This document shows positions 8,817 to 19,570 of a stretch of 64,000 bases of DNA, in pieces. The notes below the pieces were generated by a model. The model was not told the DNA's origin and searched no databases. It saw only the letters and a list, made by a program, of their open reading frames with translations. Numbering within the stretch: position 1 is the first letter of the stretch; each line of letters opens with the position of its first letter. The translations under genes were made by a program, and so were the position numbers. This DNA comes from a virus. Location: positions 20,850 to 84,849 of IMG/VR virus record IMGVR_UViG_3300044691_000591. One strand, 5' to 3'.

Positions 8817-10838
8817 CTACGTGAGTCCGGCCCAGAAGGGCGCGTTCAGGGCGGTGTTGCTGCCCGGCGTGATCGACCCGGCCAGGGCGGTGGTCGCCGT
8901 GCCGTTGGTGGCGAAGCGGTTGCGGGCCGCCGTCGTGGTCCCGTTGTAGAGGGTGGCGTCGAGCGCGTTGTTGTTCTTCCCGAAGGCGGGCGGCGTGGTG
9001 CCGACGGAGAAGAACGCCACCCAGTAGTAGCCGGGCGTCAGCGTGAACGGGCCACCGCTCAAGGCCATTGACTTGCGGCCGGTGGAGTTCCAGCTGCTGG
9101 ACTGGCTGGCTGTGGTGGCTACCAGGGTGCCAGCCGAGTTGTAGATCCCGGCAAAACTCTGCCCCGCAGTGAGGGTGGCCCCCGCCGTCACGACGTACAG
9201 GACCACGTTGCTCACCGAGATGGGCTGCGGCACCAAGACCTTCGCCAGGTTGACGACCCCCGACGTCGGGGCGACGCCGGTGCCCGAGACCGATATCGGG
9301 TCGAAGGTCCACGCAAGGTATCCGCTGTCGTTGGGCAGTGCGGTGAAGTTCGTCGACCAGGTCGGGCCCCCGGTCGCGGTGCCGTCGGTGGTGAAGTTCC
9401 AGACCCCAGCGCCGGTGTTGTTGCTGAGCGTTTGGGCGCGGTTGTTGGCCAGGATGACGCCGCCGGCGCCGTTCAGGTTGATGAACGGGTGGCCGGTGAA
9501 GGTGCCCGGGATGTCACGCACGTCGTACTGCGAGATCTCGGTCTGCAGGCAGGTGGCCTCCAGGTACACGTCGTAGGTGGCGGAGCCGTCCGGGCCCTGC
9601 AGGTCGCGGCCACAGGAGCGGAGGGCCGTGTTGGTGGAGGGCCAGGTGGAGTTGGTGGCCTGGCCGATGTAGAACAGCGAGTTGCCGACCGTGGCCCCGG
9701 TGAAGATGTCGTAGGCGCGGCAGTTCTCCAGGGTGGTGCCGTGGCCGGACAGGGACTTCACGCAGCCGCCGAACGGGCGCTCGAAGTAGCAGTCCCGCAG
9801 CGCGTTCTGCTCGTGATAGGTGCGGGCGGAGGACCCGGAGTCGGCCTGGATCAGCACCTGGTACTGGGTATTGTCTCCGTCGATGTTCTGGAACAGGCAG
9901 TGGTCCCAGGTCAGGTTGGCCACGTCCGCGGTGGAGACTCCCGTGATGGACCAGGCGGGCACGGAGCGCGTGGCCCCGTACACGCTGGAGATGATGTTCT
10001 CGAACTTGACCCACAGCAGGGTGCTCGACGAGTTCCAGACGCTCTTGTTCGAGGAGCGGGCGTAGCACACCAGGTCGTGGAAGGAGCCCTGGTTGATGTT
10101 GGCGCCGGTGAAGCAGTGGCCGCCGGTGGCGTCCAGGATCAGGTGGTCGACCTCGATGAACCCGGGCTGGCTGTTGTAGCCAGGGTGCATGTAGTTGTTG
10201 TTGAAGTTGAAGATGTTGGTCGTGGCGGTCTTCAGGGTGGCGCCGTAGCCGCCGGTGAAGCGCAGGCCCACCGTCGGCCTCAGGGATGTGCCCAGCAGGT
10301 AGGTGCCGGACGGGAAGTAGATGACGCCGCGGCCGCCGGTGGCTGCGGCGGTGGCTGCGTCGATCGCGGCCTGGATCGCGGCGCTGTCGTCGGCCAGGCC
10401 GTCGCCGACCGCCCCGAAGGTCGGGTTCTTGACGTTGAAGACGTCCGTCACCCCCGCGGCCCACAGGTGGCCCTGGACCACGAGGTCGCCGGTGACGGTG
10501 CCCCCGGTCAGCGGCAGCAGCCCGGCGACCGAGCCGGACAGGGCGTCCACCTGCGTGCCCAGGTCGGTGGCCTGCATCAGGTAGCGGGACGTGTAGCCGA
10601 AGTCGACGTACACGGTGGAGGATCCCGCCGCGGGGCCGTAGAACCCGACACCGCCGTTGGTGTCCGCAGTCACCGTGGTGACGGGGTTGCCGGACAGGTC
10701 GGTCAGGTCGGTGAGCTGCGTGCCGCCGGTCAGCGAGTCGAAGACCTGGCCGACCGCGCCGCCGCGGATGACCAGGGCGTCGCCGACGCGCTCCAGGGCG
10801 ATGTCGGCCGGGCTGAGCCCGAAGAGGTGCCGTGCCAT
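8817..10838 (-). CDS. tailspike/depolymerase with pectate-lyase-like beta-helix
   Basis: Start MARHLFG; VFNVKNPTFGAVGDGLADDSAAIQAAIDAA...GVIYFPSGTYLL is a Pectate_lyase_3-type N-terminal motif; N/T/S-rich body. Confidence 0.85.
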   Translation of the reverse strand: MARHLFGLSPADIALERVGDALVIRGGAVGQVFDSLTGGTQLTDLTDLSGNPVTTVTADTNGGVGFYGPAAGSSTVYVDFGYTSRYLMQATDLGTQVDALSGSVAGLLPLTGGTVTGDLVVQGHLWAAGVTDVFNVKNPTFGAVGDGLADDSAAIQAAIDAATAAATGGRGVIYFPSGTYLLGTSLRPTVGLRFTGGYGATLKTATTNIFNFNNNYMHPGYNSQPGFIEVDHLILDATGGHCFTGANINQGSFHDLVCYARSSNKSVWNSSSTLLWVKFENIISSVYGATRSVPAWSITGVSTADVANLTWDHCLFQNIDGDNTQYQVLIQADSGSSARTYHEQNALRDCYFERPFGGCVKSLSGHGTTLENCRAYDIFTGATVGNSLFYIGQATNSTWPSTNTALRSCGRDLQGPDGSATYDVYLEATCLQTEISQYDVRDIPGTFTGHPFINLNGAGGVILANNRAQTLSNNTGAGVWNFTTDGTATGGPTWSTNFTALPNDSGYLAWTFDPISVSGTGVAPTSGVVNLAKVLVPQPISVSNVVLYVVTAGATLTAGQSFAGIYNSAGTLVATTASQSSSWNSTGRKSMALSGGPFTLTPGYYWVAFFSVGTTPPAFGKNNNALDATLYNGTTTAARNRFATNGTATTALAGSITPGSNTALNAPFWAGLT

Positions 10839-10849
10839 GTTGTGCCTCT

Positions 10850-11842
10850 CTAGGCTGTTTCGTAGATCCCGTGGACGGCGATGACGTCGCCGGACGCGGC
10901 CTTGAGGGGTGAACCCGACACGGTCCAGCCCATGCTCGCCGCCCCGCCGGTCTGGAACCACACCCCTGCTCGCGTCGCGATCCCCGCCGACGGCTGGGAC
11001 ACGCCCGCGTACACCGTGCCGCCGCGCGTCATGGAGACGCCGAACACGTCCAGGTGGGACGTCTGCGCGGCGAAGGGCAGCGTCACGCCCATGGCGAAGG
11101 TGGGCCACGTCGAAATGTTCCCGACCTTGATCTGGGCGGTGAACTCGCAGGACTTGCCGCGCAGCTTGTAGCGGCCCACATTGACCGCCCCCGAGCCCCA
11201 GTTGACGGTGGTGCCCGTCGCGTCCCACACCGGGGTGTAGGCCGACCACGCCGGGTCGCCCGCGGTGCCGACATAGTTCCAGGTGGTGCCGTCGCCCATG
11301 TAGATGTCATTGCCCTCGACCAGCAGCAGGCCCTTGCGCGAGGGGCGGCGCTGACCGGCGATGCCGGACACGACAGGCTTGCCCGTGAGCCAGCGCTGGT
11401 CGGTGACATTGGGGCCGGTCACCACCGAGGACCCGGCGGCCACCGTGCACTGGGCCAGGGGGATCTCCCAGATCCCGGCCGGGTCCTGGGTGAGCGCTGG
11501 CGCGCCGGTCCCGCCCGTCTTGTAGACGGGATGGATGGAGTCCGCGGTCGGATCCAGGCGCAGCACCACGCGGTCCACGCGGGCACTGCTGCCGGTGGCG
11601 TTCGGGGTGACGTTGACCGCCAGGTTCCCGCCGGCCAGGGAGTAGTAGAAGCCGTTGACGAAGCCTTCGCCCGGGGCGACGTTGACGGTGCTGGCGCCCG
11701 AGCCGGTGACCTTCAGGTCGGTGCCGGCCACGTCGTCGGCGAGGATGCCGTCCAGGCCCCAGGCGCGGGCCAGCCGCGACCACTGGTACTCGGTGGCCAC
11801 GGCGCTGCTGGTGAACGGTGCGGAGAACTCGGTGACCGCCAT
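10850..11842 (-). CDS. minor tail protein
   Basis: RVDRVVLRLDP...PALTQ...WEIPLAQ baseplate motif; position in the tail operon. Confidence 0.8.
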   Translation of the reverse strand: MAVTEFSAPFTSSAVATEYQWSRLARAWGLDGILADDVAGTDLKVTGSGASTVNVAPGEGFVNGFYYSLAGGNLAVNVTPNATGSSARVDRVVLRLDPTADSIHPVYKTGGTGAPALTQDPAGIWEIPLAQCTVAAGSSVVTGPNVTDQRWLTGKPVVSGIAGQRRPSRKGLLLVEGNDIYMGDGTTWNYVGTAGDPAWSAYTPVWDATGTTVNWGSGAVNVGRYKLRGKSCEFTAQIKVGNISTWPTFAMGVTLPFAAQTSHLDVFGVSMTRGGTVYAGVSQPSAGIATRAGVWFQTGGAASMGWTVSGSPLKAASGDVIAVHGIYETA

Positions 11843-11846
11843 GTTG

Positions 11847-13025
11847 TCAGGCCGCCTTTCGGGTCTTGAGGCGGGTGAGGTCCGCCTTGATCTGGCCGAT
11901 GTACCGATACACCCGGGCGATGACGTCGGCCGGCGGGTTGGAGGTGTTGCCGATGGTCGCCTTCAGCTGGGTGCCCTCGGTGGCGGAGGCGGTGAGGGTG
12001 AGTTCACGCACGACGTCGGTGATCCAGGTGTCGCGGACCTTCACGGCCACGGTGTCGCCCAGGCCGTAATCGCGGCCGTAGGCCAGCTGCGGAATGTCGA
12101 CAGGCGTGATGGCCAGTGAGCCCTGGCCGGCGCCGGCGGCCAGGGCCTCGGTGCCGGCCTGCAGCATCTGCGCGGCCAGGTCCACCGCGGTGGTGTCCAC
12201 GGAGGTGGCGTCGACCATCTGCTCGATGACCAGGCTGGGGAACAGCGGGTCGATCTGGGCGTAGGAGGCGCAGACCCGGGCCGTGGACTGGCCACCGGCC
12301 ACGACCAGGGCGCGGGTGACGGTGGGCGGGGTGGTGGTGTAGGAGGCTGCGGTGAGGTTGCCGAGGTCGAAGCTGAAGCGGGCGGTGGTGGACTTGTCGG
12401 TGGGTGAGTAGACCTGGAACTGGAGGCCGGTGCCGATCTGGACGACGCGGAAGCCCAGTCCGGCGGCGGTGGCGATGGCCTGGAGGTTCGTCAGGAGGTT
12501 GTCGAACTGGTTGACCTGGCGGGTCACGCTCGCGCCCAGGCCCGTGTCGGCGGCCATGGTGAGGCCTGTGATGCGGCGCACCGACTGCCCGGAGGGGCCG
12601 ATGTTGAGGTTGACGAGCCGGATCATGGCGGTGCCCGCGGCCACTCCGGCGATCTTGTAGACGGGGTCGGTCTGGGCGGTGATGACGGCGGTGGGGTCGG
12701 GCCAGCAGGTGGCCTCCGCCAGGATCGTGTCGTCGGAGGGTCCGGCGACGGTGAGCTTCCCGGCGCCGCCGTCGGTGGCGGTCCGGGACCAGTCGACGGT
12801 GCGGATCGGCCCGGACACCACGGTGGTGGCGCCGCGGGACACGATCAGGCCGTTGCCCTCGACCATGAGGGCGGCCTGCGGCGAGGCGGCGTTAATCTCC
12901 AGGGTGAACGCGCCCACCGCGTTGAAGCGGGGCACGGCGCTGATGGTGACGTAGTCGTCCACCGCGCCGATGGTGTGCAGTGCGGCGTTGCGGACCCGCA
13001 CCTGGAGCGGGGGCCGGGTGCCCAT
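11847..13025 (-). CDS. minor tail protein (siphovirus Gp37-like hub/Tal)
   Basis: PRFNAVGAFTL...YGRDYGLGDTV; directly after Dit. Confidence 0.8.
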   Translation of the reverse strand: MGTRPPLQVRVRNAALHTIGAVDDYVTISAVPRFNAVGAFTLEINAASPQAALMVEGNGLIVSRGATTVVSGPIRTVDWSRTATDGGAGKLTVAGPSDDTILAEATCWPDPTAVITAQTDPVYKIAGVAAGTAMIRLVNLNIGPSGQSVRRITGLTMAADTGLGASVTRQVNQFDNLLTNLQAIATAAGLGFRVVQIGTGLQFQVYSPTDKSTTARFSFDLGNLTAASYTTTPPTVTRALVVAGGQSTARVCASYAQIDPLFPSLVIEQMVDATSVDTTAVDLAAQMLQAGTEALAAGAGQGSLAITPVDIPQLAYGRDYGLGDTVAVKVRDTWITDVVRELTLTASATEGTQLKATIGNTSNPPADVIARVYRYIGQIKADLTRLKTRKAA

Positions 13026-13951
13026 CAGGCCGCCAGGTAGCGCGGCTGGTAGTCCAGTCGCAGCATCGTGGCGGACGTGGATCCGGCGACAGTGAGCATG
13101 AGTTGGTTGTCGCCGGCGGCCAGGCCCCACATGACGCTGGCGGCCGACAGGTTGGGCCACAGGTTCGTGGCGCCGTTGAGCAGTGCGGTCTGCTGGCGCT
13201 CGCGGGTGTCGATGACGACGGTGTCGCCGGGGCTCATGGTCTGCGTCAGGACCAGGGTCTCGCCGGTCGTGGCGTTGGTCAGGGTCATCGAGGTGGCCGG
13301 GCCGCTGATCGTCCACACTGGGTAGGCGATGTCGTCGCCGTCGTTGGTGACCGTCGTCGAGCCGAGTACCTGGGACTCGGACACGGCCAGGGGCAGGATC
13401 GGCAGCCACATGCCGGAGCCCGGCGCGGCCCAGGTCGTGGAGACCGGGGCGCCGAGCCAGAACGGGGAGGGCGCGTGCAGGGTGACGGTGGCGATGGTCC
13501 AGGCCCGCCCGGAGGCGTCCAGGCCCTCGTCGCCCTCCATGCCCGCCGTGTAGTAGCAGCCGATGGTGCGGGCCTCACCGTCGGGCTGGACGACGGTCAA
13601 GGTGCCCGGCCCGAGCTTGGGGTTCAGGGAGCGGATGAAGGCGCGGCGGCGGGCGAGGTAGTCGGCGCGGCCGTCGTCGGACCAGAACGCCAGCGGGAGG
13701 ACCAGGTCCTTGCCCTGGCCGCGGACCGAGCGCACGTACTCGCCGTCGATGTCGGGGGACTGGTCGGTGACGATCTGATAGGTGGGCATGTCCCAGCCGC
13801 GCGGGCCCGGCTGCAGCGCCCAGCCGTTCTGCCAGTCCGTGAACGTCGTCACCCGCCCGAGCGGGTCGGTGAACGACACCTGCGGCATCTCGACGGGCTC
13901 GGGCTGGCTGCCGGGCGGCGGAACGACGGCGGGTGCTACGAGGATCGGCAT
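13025..13951 (-). CDS. distal tail protein (Dit)
   Basis: Follows the tape measure; TNDGDDIAYPVWTISGP motif. Confidence 0.8.
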   Translation of the reverse strand: MPILVAPAVVPPPGSQPEPVEMPQVSFTDPLGRVTTFTDWQNGWALQPGPRGWDMPTYQIVTDQSPDIDGEYVRSVRGQGKDLVLPLAFWSDDGRADYLARRRAFIRSLNPKLGPGTLTVVQPDGEARTIGCYYTAGMEGDEGLDASGRAWTIATVTLHAPSPFWLGAPVSTTWAAPGSGMWLPILPLAVSESQVLGSTTVTNDGDDIAYPVWTISGPATSMTLTNATTGETLVLTQTMSPGDTVVIDTRERQQTALLNGATNLWPNLSAASVMWGLAAGDNQLMLTVAGSTSATMLRLDYQPRYLAA

Positions 13952-13954
13952 GGG

Positions 13955-16900
13955 TCAGCCCCCCACTACAGAGCGGTGCAGGAGTTCCTCGTGCGCGAGC
14001 GCATCCAGGACCGACTGCCGGGATGCGACCTCGCGGGTCGTCGCGTGGTACTCCAGGGTTCGCGGACCCCCGTTGGTGACCGTGGTGGCCGAGTGGGCGG
14101 CGCCGGGTGCGGCGGCCGTGCCGGAGACCAGCCCGGCCATCTGCCGGGCCATGCGCGCGGACACATCCGACGGGTACACCTGGGAGGGGCCGCCGGTGCG
14201 GATCAGTTCGGGGCCGCGTTCGCCGACCACTGAGAGGCCGCCGATCTGCGGGAAGCCGCCGTCGGCGTACCAGCCCAGCTGGAGTTCGTGGGCCCAGGCG
14301 TTGGCGGGGCTGCCGTAGCGCGACAGGATGTAGCCCAGTCCCCACTTCTCCTGCGTGGACGGGTTGGTGAGCCAGTCCAGTCCGGCCGTCGCCATCTTGG
14401 AGGGGGGCAGGGCCTGCGGGATGCCGTAGGCGCCCGAGGTGGGGTTGGTGGCCCGGTAGTTCCACCCGGACTCGCGGGTCCACAGCTGCTGCAGGGCGGG
14501 CCACTGGTCCATGCCCCAGCCGAACTGGGGCAGCATGGCCTGCGCCGCGGCCTGGGCGACCACGGGGGCTGCGCCGGTGGCCAGCCCCGGGCCGGACAGC
14601 TGGGCGATGCCGGGGACGCGGCCGATGCTCGTGTAGGCGCCCAGGCCCTCCTCGCGGACCACGGTGCCGGTGTGCGGGGCGTCGAGCATGGTGCCCGGCT
14701 TCACGTACATGCCCACGTGGTGCGCGGGCTGGCCGAAGAACACCAGGTCGCCCGGCTGCGCGGCGGCGGCCGACACGGGATTGGTGAACGACTGCTGCAC
14801 CTGGGAGGTGCGCGGGATCGCGATGTGCGGGCCGTTCTGGTAGGCGTACTGCATCAGCCCGGAGCAGTCGAAGCCGGTCGGGGACTCGCCGCCCCACAGG
14901 TACTGGACGCCCTTGAAGCCCTCGGCGACGTGCAGCGCGGACAGGCCGGCGCCGCCGGCGCTGGTGGCCTCCTTGCCGCGGATGAACGCGATGGCCTTGG
15001 TGATGGTGGTCTCGGGCAGCAGGCGGGCGCTGTCGCCCCAGGAGCCGGGTGCGTTGCCGCCCAGGGCGGCGTCGATGATGGAGCGGACCGGCTTGAAGGC
15101 GGCTTCGGCGAGGTCGGCGATGCCTTGGCGGGCCCAGTCGACGCCCTTGCTGACGACGTGTCCGACGTCCCCGGCCAGGCTGGAGGCGGCGCCCGCGATG
15201 CCGCTGAAGATGCCGCCGCCGTCGAAGCCCTGGAGGCCGAGTGCGTCGCGGATGGCCTGGACGCCTCCGGTGCGGGCGGCGGCGTTCATGGTGTGGACGT
15301 AGTCGGGGCCAACGGCTCGGGTCCATTCGGGGCGCATGATGGCCTCGCCGCCGCTCAGGGCGACGGGGCCGCTGACGGAGGGGACGAGGTGGACGTCGCG
15401 GCCCGGGGTGTAGCCGGGCATGATGCCGCCGCTGGCGAAGCCCTTGGGCAGGGCGACGTTGGGCAGGTTGCCGAGCCCGATCTTTCCGGCGGTGGCGTTC
15501 CAGACGGTGCGGATGCCCTGGTCGTAGACGGTCTGGACCAGGAACTTGATGGGCGCGGAGAAGAGCGCTTTGACGCCGCCCCAGATCAGGCCGATGCCGT
15601 CGCGCAGGAGTTTGAACGCGCCCTGGAAGACGGTCGCGAAGGTGTTGAAGCCGGTCTTGACGGCGCCCCAGGCGGCGGCGGCAACGGTTTTGATGCCGGA
15701 CCAGAGTCCGCCCCAGAGCGTTTCGACGACGCCCACGATGGTCGAGAAGATCGACTCGACGTGGTGCCAGAGGGTGGTGAACCAGCTGACGATGCCGTTG
15801 ACGATGTCGGGGATGATCGAGTGCCCGAGCAGGATGTCGAACAGGTGGGTGAACCAGGTGATGATGCTGGTCACCGCGTTGACGATCATGGTGACGAACC
15901 GGGTGATCCACGTGATCACCTTGACGATGATCGGGATCAGGAAGTTGATCGCCGCCGCCAGCACCTTCACGAGCACCCCGGCGACCGCCGCGACCACGGT
16001 GATCAGCGGGGTGAGCACGACCATCAGCAGGTTCAGCAGCGGGGTGAGCAGCCCGAGCACTGCGGTCATCAGCAGGCCGATCACCGGGACCAGGGGCATG
16101 AGCGCGGGGAGCAGGCGCACGAACGTGCCGACGATCAACGTCAGCACCGGTGCGATGATCTTCAGGGCGGTGCCGATGAGCAGGCCAAAAATGTTGCCGA
16201 TCATCGTCAGCACCGGAGCCAGCGGCGTCAGCACCGCGATCAGCAACTGAGCCAGCAGCGTCACGATGCCGGTGACCAGAGGGATCAACGACATCAGGAT
16301 CGGCAGCAGCGCACGCACAGCCGCAGCGAAGATCGTCGCGAACACCCCGGCAATCGCGGAGACCACCGCCAGCAGCGGCTTCAGCACAGGCATCAGCGCC
16401 GCCAGCATCCCCGCGATCAGCGAACCGACCAGGTTGACCACCGGGATCAGCGTGTTGATCACACTGGTCAGGGGTCCGACCAGGGCCGCGACCAGCTGAA
16501 CGATCACGCTGACCACCGCGGTGACCACCGGCGCCAGGGCCTTCACGATTGCGGTCAGCAGCGCACTGATGGGCGCGAGCAGCGGGGTGAGGGCCGAAAC
16601 CACCTGCACCGCACCCAGCAGCACCGTCTGCAGCACCGGCGCCAATCCCTTGATCAGCGGCAGCAGCGCCCCACCCAGCGCGACAGCCAGCTGCTTCAGC
16701 ACCGGCCCCAGCGCCACAGCGACCGCCGTGACCGCCGGTGCCAGCGCGGCCAGGAGCGGCAGCGCGGCCTGGATGAGCGACCCGAACACCCCGGCGATGC
16801 CCTTGCCCAGCGCCGCGAGCGCGCCGAAGATCTGCTTCAGGGCCGCCTGCACAGCAGGCATCGCCGAGATCTTCGCGATCTCCGCGACCGTCTGGCCCAG

Positions 16901-19045
16901 CACCCCCAGCACCCCGGTGCCGGCCGTCGACGCCGCAGACAGGACGTTCTTGACGACCGTGAGCACACTGCCCACCAGTGTCATCAGCTGCTTGAACAGG
17001 TCGACCGCGACCTTGATGTCCGACCCCAGGGCGCCTCTGGAGAACAGGCCCGTCAGCTTTCCCGCAACCTTGTCCACCAGCGAGCCGACAGCACTGGTCA
17101 GCTTGTTGAACTCGGGCTGCGCGGCCACCGTGATCTGCCCGAACGCGGTGACGACCTGGCCCGGGATCGCCATCAGCGGACGCAGCCCCGTCGCCGCACC
17201 GGCCAGGATCTGCTTCAGCTGCCCCGACTTCTCCAGATTCCCGAACGCGCTCAGGGCGTTTTTGCCCATCAGGTTCAGGTCCCCGGCCACGCCCATCAGG
17301 CCGGTGCGCAGCGTCGGCAGCACCGACCGGGCCAGCGATCCCACCCGGGTGCCGATCCCGGCCAGCAGCGTGTCCTGCACGCCAAGCTGCAGCCCGTGCC
17401 AGGCCGGCGCGAGCGCCACGATCTCGTTGACGAACGCGCGCGCGTTCGGCGACAGCTGCGACATGGCCTTGGACAGCGCCGAGGTCTGCGCGGCGGCCGA
17501 CTGCTGCGCCTGGGCCAGGGCCTCGGTGGCGTCCGCCACGTTCTGCTGGGCGTCGGCGATGCCCTGCTGCGCGTCCGCGACCTTCTGCTGCGCGTTGGCC
17601 AGGTTCTGGCCTGCGTCCGCGACCTTCTGCTGCGCGGCGGCCAGCGCCCCCTGCTTGTCGATGACAGTCTGGTTCGCGGAGGCGACGTTCTGCTGCGCGG
17701 TGGTCATCGCCGTCGTTCCGGCGATGCCCTTCTTGTTCGCCGCCGCCGTGTCGTTGGACAGTTCGGTGACCTGCTGGCGCTGCTCCAGCAACTGCTGCTG
17801 GGCCTGCGCGAACGTCAGCTGGGCCTGCTGGCGCTGGTCGATGGTGGACTTGGGGTTGGCCAGCACCGCGTTCAGGTTGGTCTGCGCGGCGGCGACGTTG
17901 AGGATGTCCTGCTGCTGGGAGAGCTTCGCGTCGGCGAGGCTGTTGTTCATCGACTCCAGCTCGCGCCGGCCCTGCTCGCGCGCGGAGGTCAGGGCCTGCT
18001 GGGCGGCCACTGCGGCCCGCTGCGCGTTCGCGAGGTCCTGCTCGGCGGTCTTCACACCGGTGACGGCCTGCGCCTGCTGGCGCTGCGCGGACGACACGCC
18101 CTGCGTGGCCTGCTGCAGCTGCTGCTGGGCCGTGGTGACCCCGCGGATCGCGGTGGCCACCGCCTTCTGCGCGGACTCGACGGCCTTGGCGGAGCTGGCG
18201 GCCTTGGTGGCGTCCGTGGTCGAGGTCGAGAAGGCGGCCTTGAACGCAGCACCCAGACCGGTCGTGCCGATCTTGATGGCGGCCAGGGCCGAGCCGACCC
18301 CGGCGATGGCCGGGACTGCGAGGGCCGCGGCTGGTGCCATGGCGATCAGGGCCTGCCCCACCGAGGCCAGGGTCGGCACAGAGGTGATCGCAGTGACCTT
18401 GAGGGCGCTGAGGGCCCGGTCCATCAGACTGAGCGCCCGGTCGCTGTTGCCCGAGTCCACGCCGACGCTGATCGAGGTGCGCCGGTCGCGGGCCGCCCGG
18501 TCGATGGCCGCATCCGCGGTCGCTGTGCCGTGCTCGGACACGTCGATGACCACGCTGCGGTTCTGCGCAAGGTTGTTCAGCGCGGTCCGGACCGACACCG
18601 TCGCTGCGTAGTCGAGCTCCGGGACGACCTTGATCGTGACCTTGTTCTTGAGCGCCACCCCCAACTGGTTCTTCAGCCGGGTGACGGACGCCTGGTCGAG
18701 CTCCAGGCCGACCTTCAGCGTCGTGCCCGCGATGGCCCCGACCTGGCTGCGGACCGAGGCAACGGACCCGGTGTCCAGCTGCACCTTGAGCTTGACGGTG
18801 CGGTCCGCGCCCAGCGCGTCCAGGCGCGTCTTCACCGCGGTGTCGCCGGTCAGCGACGTGGAGAACTTGACCTGCCGGTCGCCCGCCAGCAGGTCCAGCT
18901 TGGTCTTGATCGGAGCGGTCGGCGCCAGGTCCAGGCCGACCTTGACGACCGGCGTCAGCCTGCCCAGCTCCAGCTGCAACTGCGGCCCGAAGCTGCCGGT
19001 GTCCGGCATGACCTTGACCGACGTGGAACCAACCGTCGTAGGCAC
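13955..19045 (-). CDS. tape measure protein with NlpC/P60 and lytic transglycosylase domains
   Basis: 1696 aa; coiled coil plus hydrophobic repeats; YLWGGESPTGFDCSGL...HHVGMY; LWTRESGWNYRATNPTSGAYGIPQALP. Confidence 0.95.
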   Translation of the reverse strand: MPTTVGSTSVKVMPDTGSFGPQLQLELGRLTPVVKVGLDLAPTAPIKTKLDLLAGDRQVKFSTSLTGDTAVKTRLDALGADRTVKLKVQLDTGSVASVRSQVGAIAGTTLKVGLELDQASVTRLKNQLGVALKNKVTIKVVPELDYAATVSVRTALNNLAQNRSVVIDVSEHGTATADAAIDRAARDRRTSISVGVDSGNSDRALSLMDRALSALKVTAITSVPTLASVGQALIAMAPAAALAVPAIAGVGSALAAIKIGTTGLGAAFKAAFSTSTTDATKAASSAKAVESAQKAVATAIRGVTTAQQQLQQATQGVSSAQRQQAQAVTGVKTAEQDLANAQRAAVAAQQALTSAREQGRRELESMNNSLADAKLSQQQDILNVAAAQTNLNAVLANPKSTIDQRQQAQLTFAQAQQQLLEQRQQVTELSNDTAAANKKGIAGTTAMTTAQQNVASANQTVIDKQGALAAAQQKVADAGQNLANAQQKVADAQQGIADAQQNVADATEALAQAQQSAAAQTSALSKAMSQLSPNARAFVNEIVALAPAWHGLQLGVQDTLLAGIGTRVGSLARSVLPTLRTGLMGVAGDLNLMGKNALSAFGNLEKSGQLKQILAGAATGLRPLMAIPGQVVTAFGQITVAAQPEFNKLTSAVGSLVDKVAGKLTGLFSRGALGSDIKVAVDLFKQLMTLVGSVLTVVKNVLSAASTAGTGVLGVLGQTVAEIAKISAMPAVQAALKQIFGALAALGKGIAGVFGSLIQAALPLLAALAPAVTAVAVALGPVLKQLAVALGGALLPLIKGLAPVLQTVLLGAVQVVSALTPLLAPISALLTAIVKALAPVVTAVVSVIVQLVAALVGPLTSVINTLIPVVNLVGSLIAGMLAALMPVLKPLLAVVSAIAGVFATIFAAAVRALLPILMSLIPLVTGIVTLLAQLLIAVLTPLAPVLTMIGNIFGLLIGTALKIIAPVLTLIVGTFVRLLPALMPLVPVIGLLMTAVLGLLTPLLNLLMVVLTPLITVVAAVAGVLVKVLAAAINFLIPIIVKVITWITRFVTMIVNAVTSIITWFTHLFDILLGHSIIPDIVNGIVSWFTTLWHHVESIFSTIVGVVETLWGGLWSGIKTVAAAAWGAVKTGFNTFATVFQGAFKLLRDGIGLIWGGVKALFSAPIKFLVQTVYDQGIRTVWNATAGKIGLGNLPNVALPKGFASGGIMPGYTPGRDVHLVPSVSGPVALSGGEAIMRPEWTRAVGPDYVHTMNAAARTGGVQAIRDALGLQGFDGGGIFSGIAGAASSLAGDVGHVVSKGVDWARQGIADLAEAAFKPVRSIIDAALGGNAPGSWGDSARLLPETTITKAIAFIRGKEATSAGGAGLSALHVAEGFKGVQYLWGGESPTGFDCSGLMQYAYQNGPHIAIPRTSQVQQSFTNPVSAAAAQPGDLVFFGQPAHHVGMYVKPGTMLDAPHTGTVVREEGLGAYTSIGRVPGIAQLSGPGLATGAAPVVAQAAAQAMLPQFGWGMDQWPALQQLWTRESGWNYRATNPTSGAYGIPQALPPSKMATAGLDWLTNPSTQEKWGLGYILSRYGSPANAWAHELQLGWYADGGFPQIGGLSVVGERGPELIRTGGPSQVYPSDVSARMARQMAGLVSGTAAAPGAAHSATTVTNGGPRTLEYHATTREVASRQSVLDALAHEELLHRSVVGG

Positions 19046-19063
19046 TGCGACCTCCCTTCCCGA

Positions 19064-19570
19064 TCAGACGGACTGCTGCTCCAGGGCCGCGATCCGGGCC
19101 CGCCACTCCTCCACGCCCACCGGCTCCGCAACCGGGGCACTCGCCGGGCTGAGACTGTCCAGCACCGCCCGCACCCTGGCCGCCTTCGCCGACCTCGCCG
19201 CCGCCACCTCCTCGTCCTCGACCAGATGAGGAGGATCAGCCGCCTTCAGATCCGGCGGCGCGCCCTTGAACTGCCAGCCCGTCCACGCCAGACGGACCAG
19301 CAGAATCAGGGCGTTGTACTGCGCCGCCTGCAGGTAGGTGGCCTGTGACCAGCGACGACCCTCGACGTCGCCGGCCACAGCCGCCTTGGTGGCCGAGTCC
19401 TCAGGGAGGGCGTCGACCAGGTCCCGCAGCTCCGCCCACGACATGGAGCCCTCGCCCCACGACAGCGCCCAGAACTCGTCCAGGCGCCGCCCCGGGTAGT
19501 AGCGCTGAATATCGGCGCGCACATGGCCGGCGTGCTCCTGAAGGAGGCTCAGGAGCCGGAGCCTTCCCCC
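19064..19570 (-). CDS. tail assembly chaperone, -1 frameshifted C-terminal extension
   Basis: Frame ...LLQEHAGHVRADIQRYY...SWAELRDLVDALP is entered by a -1 shift at GGGGGAA. Confidence 0.75.
   Translation of the reverse strand, partial: GGRLRLLSLLQEHAGHVRADIQRYYPGRRLDEFWALSWGEGSMSWAELRDLVDALPEDSATKAAVAGDVEGRRWSQATYLQAAQYNALILLVRLAWTGWQFKGAPPDLKAADPPHLVEDEEVAAARSAKAARVRAVLDSLSPASAPVAEPVGVEEWRARIAALEQQSV

Noticed and set aside
10839-11249. N-terminal extension of the tailspike ORF in the track (and similar extensions for traB, dnaB, terS and others)
   Set aside because: The extensions overlap upstream genes out of frame; starts were reassigned to RBS-supported or coupled codons
13575-19348. 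Giant ORFs of 1843 aa (-) and 1686 aa (+) overlapping the tape measure
   Set aside because: Shadow frames caused by high GC3; R/G/P-rich or antisense composition with no motifs
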